Shown here one piece after another: positions 57,193 through 64,000 of a stretch of DNA of 64,000 nt. The notes under the pieces are model-generated. The model saw only the letters and a list, made by a program, of their open reading frames with translations, did not search any database and was not told the DNA's origin. Every line of letters begins with the position of its first letter. Position 1 is the first letter of the stretch. The position numbers and the translations under genes are program-made. The DNA is taken from assembly GCA_963677485.1 (NCBI GenBank), contig OY781964.1, forward strand, positions 3,776,001-3,840,000, written 5' to 3'. Origin of the DNA: Armatimonadota bacterium (GTDB lineage: Bacteria > Armatimonadota > HRBIN16).

Positions 57193-59604
57193 TCAGTCTC
57201 CCTGAGCCCCGAAGTTTCGATTAAGCACCACGTAGTCAAACAGGTTCACGCTGCCCGTGCCATCCATATCCGCCAGGGGATCGTTGGTGTTGAAGTGGAT
57301 ATCAAGCTCCACATAGTCAAACAGGTTCACTCGACCATCCCCATCGGCGTCACCCGAAAGTAGAGTGAGCGGCACGATCTGCTCACTTCCTGAGGGGGTG
57401 AGTTGGAGCCTTCGCCTGAGGAAAGGGCGTGCCGAAATCTCAATCGTGAGAGCTTGCTGGGGCAGCACACCGAGGGGCAAGGTGCCGTCGCCTAGCGTGG
57501 TTGCGGTATAGCGTTTTGAGTAGCCAACCCCGGTCACCGCAATATTGAATATCCGGCCAGCCATACTACCATCCCAGTAGTTGACGGTCGGGTTTAAGAT
57601 CACGTTGGTCTGTTGGTCGATGCCGCGGATCACCACATTATCGACGTATCCGTAAGCCGTGGCCGTGTTGGTGGTTCGGAATCTGATTTTGAAGTTCGTG
57701 TTATCGCTGGCACCGGCAGGAAGGCCGAACTGCTTGTAGCTCCATGCACTGTTGCCGGCCACATCCTCTAGCGTGTTCCATGAGTTTCCATCATACCACT
57801 CGGCGATCAAATGACTGCTTGAGGTTCCGTTGGCTGTCTGACGGGCGTATTCCACGATGATATCGTGCTTCGCTACCGTAGAGTATGACCTGGTGATCGA
57901 GTCTGTAGAGTTCAGATTCGCAGTATAGGTCTGCATGTACTTGCTTGTGGATTGCAGCGTCGCTCCGGTGTTTGTCCATCCACCGGTGGTGAGGTTGTTG
58001 CTCTCGAACCCGTCTGACCACAATACGGTGTCTAGCACGATGTTGTCTGCAACGACGCCAGAGATGTTTCCTGTATTATCCTTGAATTGCGCATAAACCA
58101 CTTTGATACCGCCCACGGATCCCAGATCATAGAGTTTGCTACCGGCATACGGCTCCCATGCACTCCAGTTGATCTCATCTGTGCTGAAGCGCATCTGCGA
58201 TATGGTACCGCCGGGTAACTGCGAGGAGGCGTTGAGTGCCAGGCTGACCGTGCCGTTGGTGGTTGTGGGGCTATCGCTATTGATGGTGATGCTGCCAGCT
58301 ATCGGGTCCGAGTTGATGCACATGATGTTTGCCCGGGCGCCCGACACCCCTCCATTGGATGGATCGAGGCGGATCCGGGTGATGTTCCCCGTCCAGTTTG
58401 CGTTGGTGGACATCGTCACCGCATAGTCATGCATCTGGCCATCGGCAATGGCGTTAAACACCACAGAATTCGCCTGTGTAAACTGTCCGCCTTGAGGGGC
58501 AAAGAATAACTGGCAGCTTCCATCGTTAGTGCCCACAAAAGCCATGCGTATATAGAGCTTCGGAACGCTCGAAGCGGTGAAGAACGTCGGTGGGCTGGTG
58601 ATATATGGGTCGGATGTGTCGAGTTTCATCTGCATCTGATGTTTTACCCAAGGGAAGCCGGTGTCTGTGCCATTCATTATGAAGTTCTGGCGGTCGTGGG
58701 CGAATACGAAATTCGGTCTAGTGTTAGGCGCATGTGAATACACATAGCTTCGGATGCTCGACAGACTGCCCAGGATCAGCGTCGCCTCGAAGTCATATGT
58801 GATATTGTGGTCTAGAATGTCGGTGCTCAGCGGAGCAATGTATCCGGTGTTGCCGCTGGTCGGACCGCCTGAATTCTTCGTTCCCGCAAATCCGCCTACA
58901 AACGAGTAAGAGCCCTTCTTGTAGGTGCCGACGCCCCAGCCGCTGGCATCCACTTGGGCTGCCCAGTTCTCGGTAGCCGTCCAGTAGTTCCAGGGTGGAC
59001 CCTGGTTCACCACTTCATTCATTGCTCCGTTAGTGAATGGCGCGTTTCCATTATAGGAGTATAGTTTGTATAGTGTCGCCACGGTGTAAACCGCCGGTTT
59101 TTCTTGTTCACGACCGCCATACGACGTGGTATCGGACCGGGCGTTGTTGATGCGGCAGTAGACATTCACTGATGATCCATCTATCGTGGTCCATTGCTCC
59201 AGCGTGCCCTCCTGGTCGACATTGTTGAGTGCCCACTGTTTGCCTATGCTTTTGGTATAGATGGTCTTACCATCGTTGGTATGTGCCAGGATCGTCGCGC
59301 TGTTACCGTAGCAGTCGCCCACTTGAATGGGGTTCCATGACCAGTTGGGCCAGCTCGAGCTGGGATTTCCATATGGCTGCGGACCTGAATAATAGGACTG
59401 CTGAACATAGCGCCCTTTGTCTGCGATGTTGATCTGGTTAGCCCCACCCGAAGTGCTGAGCCAGTAGATCGCTCCTCCGGATTTCAAGTCGATCCCGACC
59501 TTAATGATGCCGTTGTCTAAAAAACTGGATGACTGGGCCCATGCACCGGACGCTGAGATAATCATTATCAAGCTGATGGCTAGCGTAAGTGTCTTTCGAG
59601 ACAT
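57193..59604 (-). CDS. Secreted multidomain beta-rich protein with C-terminal dockerin-like module
   Basis: GGAG SD, signal peptide MSRKTLTL; CBM-like domains; GDADGDGRVNLFDY...DMDGTGSVNLFDY..FGAQGD. Confidence 0.75.
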   Translation of the reverse strand: MSRKTLTLAISLIMIISASGAWAQSSSFLDNGIIKVGIDLKSGGAIYWLSTSGGANQINIADKGRYVQQSYYSGPQPYGNPSSSWPNWSWNPIQVGDCYGNSATILAHTNDGKTIYTKSIGKQWALNNVDQEGTLEQWTTIDGSSVNVYCRINNARSDTTSYGGREQEKPAVYTVATLYKLYSYNGNAPFTNGAMNEVVNQGPPWNYWTATENWAAQVDASGWGVGTYKKGSYSFVGGFAGTKNSGGPTSGNTGYIAPLSTDILDHNITYDFEATLILGSLSSIRSYVYSHAPNTRPNFVFAHDRQNFIMNGTDTGFPWVKHQMQMKLDTSDPYITSPPTFFTASSVPKLYIRMAFVGTNDGSCQLFFAPQGGQFTQANSVVFNAIADGQMHDYAVTMSTNANWTGNITRIRLDPSNGGVSGARANIMCINSDPIAGSITINSDSPTTTNGTVSLALNASSQLPGGTISQMRFSTDEINWSAWEPYAGSKLYDLGSVGGIKVVYAQFKDNTGNISGVVADNIVLDTVLWSDGFESNNLTTGGWTNTGATLQSTSKYMQTYTANLNSTDSITRSYSTVAKHDIIVEYARQTANGTSSSHLIAEWYDGNSWNTLEDVAGNSAWSYKQFGLPAGASDNTNFKIRFRTTNTATAYGYVDNVVIRGIDQQTNVILNPTVNYWDGSMAGRIFNIAVTGVGYSKRYTATTLGDGTLPLGVLPQQALTIEISARPFLRRRLQLTPSGSEQIVPLTLLSGDADGDGRVNLFDYVELDIHFNTNDPLADMDGTGSVNLFDYVVLNRNFGAQGD

Positions 59605-59700
59605 TGTTAGATTCTCCAAAATATGTACGTCATAAAGTGCGCGTTCGATCACCCAATGTCAGACGAACTCCAGCAGGAAATAGTTGCATATCGGCTGTGT

Positions 59701-61224
59701 TCAGTCGGCCTGTGCTCCAAAATTCTGATCCAGCACCACGTAGTCAAAAAGATTCACGCTGCCACTGCCATCCACATCCGCCAGGGGGTCGTTGCTATTG
59801 AAGTGCATGTCCAGCTCCACATAGTCAAACAGGTTGATTTGGCCGTTGCCATCGGCATCACCCGATAACAGGCTGATCGGCACGATCTGCTCAGTTCCTG
59901 CGGGCGTGATTTGGATCGTGCGCTTCAAGAACGGTTGGGCTGTGATGTCCACCGTCAGGGGCTGCTGGGGCAGCACTCCGAGCGGGATGGTGCCATCACT
60001 TTGTGCTGTGACCTCGTAGCTTTTTGATAGACCAGTTCCAGAAACTTGGATCTGGAACAGCCTGTCAGTCAGTGCGCCTTTCCACTGGATGATCGTGGGG
60101 TTGAGTATGACGCTGGTCTGCTGCGCAGGAACAAACTCGAAACGCCTGACGATGACCTCAACGGTCGCATTGTCGGATGGCGGAACGGTAGACCCGCCGA
60201 CAATCCATATGTTGATGTGCGTTTTCTCGGCGCCTGGTGTGGGGATGCCCGAACCTGTGTATGTCCATGACTGAAGCGGCGTGCTGCCGGTGTTGCTGGA
60301 AAAGGTGAGGGCGTTCTGGCTCCAAGTCAGGCTGTGGGTAGATGAGTTTGTCAGCGACGGCAGATTGAACCGGTGTCTGTGATTCGGCTGATCCCATAGT
60401 TGCAATACATACTGCGAGTTAGGATCACCAGCCGTGCCCCAACGGGAAAACTCGATGTCGATCTCTCGGTAAGGTGACGGGGCCGTGTCATCCCAGGTAA
60501 ACAGGCCAAACACGGCGTTGTAGTCGACGGCGGCAGGGTCACTATCGAGCACAAACCGGTAGGTTCCATACCCAAAGCTGTTTTTGCCGATCACTTCTGA
60601 GCAATACCAGCGGCCATTGTGGTTGCTGATCCTCAAGTGGAGCCGGCCAAGGGCGTCCGCCCAAACATCCTCAACCCGGTCGGAAAAGTAGTTGCCAGCA
60701 CTTGGAGGGCCAACTAAAAACTCACTTTTCTTGACCGTCCACTTCAGGCCTGAGAAGTCGATCTCACGAGGCGGTTCAGGGTTCGTGCGTGTCACCTGGA
60801 CGTTCGCCACGGCATGCTGTGATACCTCAGCGGGTATCTCCTGGTAACCCTGGGATATGGGCGGCATGTAGCCTGCGGGCAGCAGATAGGCCGCGATGCG
60901 GGTGGCAGCCTCGTCACCCTCTCCAGTGGTGATATCACACACCCATGTACCATCGGTGTTGATAGGCACGAGGCGCAGGCTCTCATCGAAGTTTGGTTTG
61001 GTCCACCAACCTTGGGTATATATAAACACCGCGACCCTGTAGTCATTGGGAGTGACATTTGTGACATGCCCAGTGAGGTTATCGTTGGAACCATATGGTG
61101 GCACATGGTCAAACACGATGGTGGGGGTTGCGCCTGTGGTCACTATCTGACCATCTGTGCTGCTATGACAGATAAGCGGTGCCGAAAGCATGGAGATGAG
61201 TGCTATGAGGCGTATCCAGTTCAT
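59701..61224 (-). CDS. Secreted GH16-like glycoside hydrolase with C-terminal dockerin-like module
   Basis: Signal peptide; EIDIE catalytic motif; GYGTY; dockerin duplication ending FGAQAD. Confidence 0.8.
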   Translation of the reverse strand: MNWIRLIALISMLSAPLICHSSTDGQIVTTGATPTIVFDHVPPYGSNDNLTGHVTNVTPNDYRVAVFIYTQGWWTKPNFDESLRLVPINTDGTWVCDITTGEGDEAATRIAAYLLPAGYMPPISQGYQEIPAEVSQHAVANVQVTRTNPEPPREIDFSGLKWTVKKSEFLVGPPSAGNYFSDRVEDVWADALGRLHLRISNHNGRWYCSEVIGKNSFGYGTYRFVLDSDPAAVDYNAVFGLFTWDDTAPSPYREIDIEFSRWGTAGDPNSQYVLQLWDQPNHRHRFNLPSLTNSSTHSLTWSQNALTFSSNTGSTPLQSWTYTGSGIPTPGAEKTHINIWIVGGSTVPPSDNATVEVIVRRFEFVPAQQTSVILNPTIIQWKGALTDRLFQIQVSGTGLSKSYEVTAQSDGTIPLGVLPQQPLTVDITAQPFLKRTIQITPAGTEQIVPISLLSGDADGNGQINLFDYVELDMHFNSNDPLADVDGSGSVNLFDYVVLDQNFGAQAD

Positions 61225-61267
61225 TGTGACCCTCCTGGATAAGAATGATTATCGCATGTAAGTTCAT

Positions 61268-61437
61268 GTTGACTATGTCCGGGGCGGTCTGTCAGTAGGA
61301 TCATTATCACTACTGGATATAGACCGCGCCGGTCTTGTTCCCGACACTAATCTTGTATGGCTAACCGCCAGACCGGCGCGGTCATCGGCCATATGCAACC
61401 GCTAGCATCATGCCAGACCGCCCCAGACTTAGCCAAC
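61268..61437 (+). mobile_element. 170-bp four-armed palindromic element, full copy
   Basis: Four arms; 170 bp; spacers diverged. Confidence 0.85.
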
Positions 61438-61565
61438 GCTAGTTGTTCGTAATGACAGCGCATCGAGCCATATCATTACTATCAGGATACCTTTTTAAAT
61501 ATGGGCGTAGTCATCGGAGTTGGGGGATGTACATTAGCGGAAATTGCGGGCACTCAGGCAGCTCT

Positions 61566-61592
61566 AAGGGGCGGTGTAGATCCACCGCCCTT
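61566..61592 (-). terminator. Hairpin after the ThuA gene
   Basis: AGGGGCGGTG-TAGATC-CACCGCCCTT. Confidence 0.5.
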
Positions 61593-61614
61593 GTTCGAAT
61601 TACAGAATAGCAGG

Positions 61615-62262
61615 TTAGCGGGCTGCCCAGAGCATACCGCGCTGCATGATGGTCTTTACTTCGGGTACCTGGAAGTCAGATGCGACATGCCCCAGCGAAC
61701 TGTAGAACACGCGGCCTTCGCCGAACTTGCGCTTCCACACGGCGGGCATCACGGTGCCGGCAACCCATGGGTAGGTATCACCGCTGATGGTGGTGGTGGC
61801 CAGCACTTCGTTGCCGGGATCAGTGTGCATGTAGTATTGCTCTGAGTGCATTGCGAACTCACCCAGGCCAGCTACGATGGGGTCTTCCGGCTTGGATATC
61901 TGCACGGTGTAGCCAATGATGCCGCCGGGATGCTCTACCCAGTTGCCGCCGGTCATGAATTGATACATGGTGTTGTTACGGAAGCTGTCGCACATTCCGC
62001 CGTGCCAGCCAGCCAGGCCAACACCGCTGCGGACGGCTTTCAGTAGCCCGGCTTCTTGTTCGCCGCTGATCTGGCCCATGGTCCAAGCGGGTACGATCAG
62101 GCTGAGGCTGCTCATGAACGCCTCGTCTGTATAGATATCCATGCTGCCATCGACTACTTTAACGTCGAAGCCGTTCTCTTTCAGGAAGGGGATGAAGATG
62201 TCGGTTGTCTGCACGGGTTCATGGCCATCCCAGCCGCCGCGTACTACGAGTGCTTTTTTCAT
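61615..62262 (-). CDS. ThuA domain-containing protein
   Basis: [31 protein letters not shown]. Confidence 0.85.
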   Translation of the reverse strand: MKKALVVRGGWDGHEPVQTTDIFIPFLKENGFDVKVVDGSMDIYTDEAFMSSLSLIVPAWTMGQISGEQEAGLLKAVRSGVGLAGWHGGMCDSFRNNTMYQFMTGGNWVEHPGGIIGYTVQISKPEDPIVAGLGEFAMHSEQYYMHTDPGNEVLATTTISGDTYPWVAGTVMPAVWKRKFGEGRVFYSSLGHVASDFQVPEVKTIMQRGMLWAAR

Positions 62263-62283
62263 GTGGTTACTATTCCTTATTTG

Positions 62284-63384
62284 TTAGTCGATTTGTCCGG
62301 TGATAAGGCCCATCTTCATGGGATCTGGCTGCTTCACCGTATTGGTGATGGCGATGGATTTCCCTTGGTCACTGGCTTCGTGTATGCTCTGCATGATGTC
62401 GAGCACGTGAAGCGCGAGCGCTCCGCTGGCGCGGTGAGGCCGCTCTAGCTGGATGCCTGCGCTCATGTCGGCCACACCCAGCATACGCCAGTTGTCGCTG
62501 TAGATATGGCTGTAGGGGATCACCTGCCAGCCGCTGCCGGGTCGGAACAGTTTGGGCTCGCCGCCGAATCCATTGGGGTCTGGCACGGAGATGGTTCCTT
62601 CGGTGCCGTAGATTTCGATCCAAGGAAGGTTGGCAGCCCACACATCGAAGCTGGTGGTGATAGTGCCAACGGCGCCGTTCTCAAATTCCAGAAGGCCGTT
62701 TACGTGGGTAGGAACATCCACATCCACCACCTTGCCGTATTTGCCGGCGCTGGTGATGGTTCTTGTGGGAAAGCTCATTCGGTTGGCTCCAGCAACTTTC
62801 GCCACTGGACCCATCAGGTTCACAAGCGCGGTCAGGTAATAGGGACCCATGTCGAACATCGGTCCGCCGCCCTGCTCATAATAGAATTCGGGATCCGGAT
62901 GCCAGCTCTCATGGCCATGGCAGGTCATGAAGGCGTTGGCACCGATGGGACGGCCAATCCAACCGTCATCAATCAGCTTGCGGCAGGTCTGAATACCCGC
63001 ACCCAGGAAGGTGTCGGGAGCGCAGCCCACCCGCAGGCCCTTCTCCGTCGCCAGTGCCAGCGTAGCTTCACCATCCTGGCGATTCAAGGCCAATGGCTTT
63101 TCGCAGTAGACATGCTTGCCTGCCAACAATGCGGCCCTATTCACGGCAAAATGCTGTTTCGGTACGGTGAGATTCAGCACAATCTCGATTTCTGGGTTGG
63201 CCAGTAGCTCCTCGGTGCTGCAGACCAATGGTACGTTGAACTCCGCCGCACGCGCCTTCGCCTTCTCCGTGATCAGATCGGCGCAGGCTACGATGTCGAC
63301 CATCGGTAACTTCGATCCGTTCGTGAAGTAGATGCCGCTGATGTTGCCGCATCCCACTATTCCAACTTTCATGGGACGTATCAT
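62284..63384 (-). CDS. Gfo/Idh/MocA family oxidoreductase
   Basis: GIVGCGNIS, GKHVYCEKP, GGGPMFDMGPY; start at MIRP after a GAGG SD. Confidence 0.9.
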   Translation of the reverse strand: MIRPMKVGIVGCGNISGIYFTNGSKLPMVDIVACADLITEKAKARAAEFNVPLVCSTEELLANPEIEIVLNLTVPKQHFAVNRAALLAGKHVYCEKPLALNRQDGEATLALATEKGLRVGCAPDTFLGAGIQTCRKLIDDGWIGRPIGANAFMTCHGHESWHPDPEFYYEQGGGPMFDMGPYYLTALVNLMGPVAKVAGANRMSFPTRTITSAGKYGKVVDVDVPTHVNGLLEFENGAVGTITTSFDVWAANLPWIEIYGTEGTISVPDPNGFGGEPKLFRPGSGWQVIPYSHIYSDNWRMLGVADMSAGIQLERPHRASGALALHVLDIMQSIHEASDQGKSIAITNTVKQPDPMKMGLITGQID

Positions 63385-63472
63385 GTATTTACCTCTATGG
63401 TGAATGGAACTGGGTTGAGTATGACTCAATGTTTACCGTGATTCAAGGTCTTATGGCAGTGCCACCTGACTG

Positions 63473-64000
63473 CTAGTCTATCTGACCTGTGATGAGGCCC
63501 ATCTTCATCGGTTCTGGCTGCGCCACAGTATTGGTGATGGCGATAGACTTGCCCTGGTCACTGGCCTCATGGATGCTCTGCATGACATCAAGAACATGCA
63601 GGGCAAGAGCTCCGCTGGCGCGGTGCGGCCGTCCCAACTGGATTCCTGCGCTCATGTCGGCCACGCCCAGCATACGCCAGTGGTCGCTGTAGATATGACT
63701 GTGCGGGATGACTTTCCAGTCACTTCCGGGGCGGTATAACTTCACATCACCGCCAAAGAAGTTGGGGTCGGGTAATGACAGGGTTCCATCGGTGCCGTAG
63801 ATTTCGATAAACGGAAGGTTGGCGGCCCAGATATCAAAGCTCTGCATGATGGTGGCAACTGCACCATTTTCGAACTCAAGCAAGCCGTTGACATGGGTCG
63901 GAATCTCCACGTCAATCTTCTGACCGTATTTGGGCTGGCTGGTGATGGTGCGCGTGGGGAAGCTGATCCGGTTGGCTCCCGCTACCCGTGCGATGGGGCC
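63473..64000 (-). CDS. Gfo/Idh/MocA oxidoreductase, second tandem paralog (5' part outside window)
   Basis: C-terminus nearly identical to 62284..63384; frame open to the window edge. Confidence 0.88.
   Translation of the reverse strand, partial: GPIARVAGANRISFPTRTITSQPKYGQKIDVEIPTHVNGLLEFENGAVATIMQSFDIWAANLPFIEIYGTDGTLSLPDPNFFGGDVKLYRPGSDWKVIPHSHIYSDHWRMLGVADMSAGIQLGRPHRASGALALHVLDVMQSIHEASDQGKSIAITNTVAQPEPMKMGLITGQID

Overview
Bacterial chromosomal window (roughly 55-58% GC by eye). The C-terminal dockerin-like tags, exosortase locus, glycan-enzyme richness and Firmicutes-like core gene order suggest Armatimonadota or a similar lineage; this is inference only. 1-15.7 kb is a glycan-utilisation block: PHP-type metallohydrolase, degenerate GH13-like protein, four tandem secreted GH36-like paralogs and a ricin-esterase-lactonase fusion. 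16-31.9 kb holds trx/dsbD, PhyH, a CPBP protease, a VanX-like peptidase, a TPR-exosortase-EpsI-PAP2 operon, galT-WYL regulator-malectin protein and a cohesin/dockerin-like protein. 32-53.7 kb is core genome: purA, metY, rplS-lepB-rnhB-yraN, rpmE, acnA, recG-coaD-ackA-yceD-rpmF-plsX-fabD-fabG-acpP-fabF. 53.8-64 kb is accessory: CBM/GH-like protein, decayed nucleotidyltransferase TA-like pair, two dockerin-tagged secreted proteins (one GH16), ThuA and two Gfo/Idh/MocA paralogs. No rRNA, tRNA, CRISPR array, transposase, integrase or reverse transcriptase was seen. The most notable unexplained signals are: (1) a 170-bp four-armed nested palindromic element in 4 full and 2 deleted copies; (2) a structured purA leader with a two-state SD switch; (3) a shared C-terminal beta-domain+dockerin tag, with a possible cohesin-dockerin scaffold protein; (4) a mosaic GH36 array with variable active-site loops and internal RBSs; (5) a circularly permuted malectin domain; (6) a peroxiredoxin-like protein with CxxC changed to SxxA. 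All family calls come from motif recognition, not database searches.
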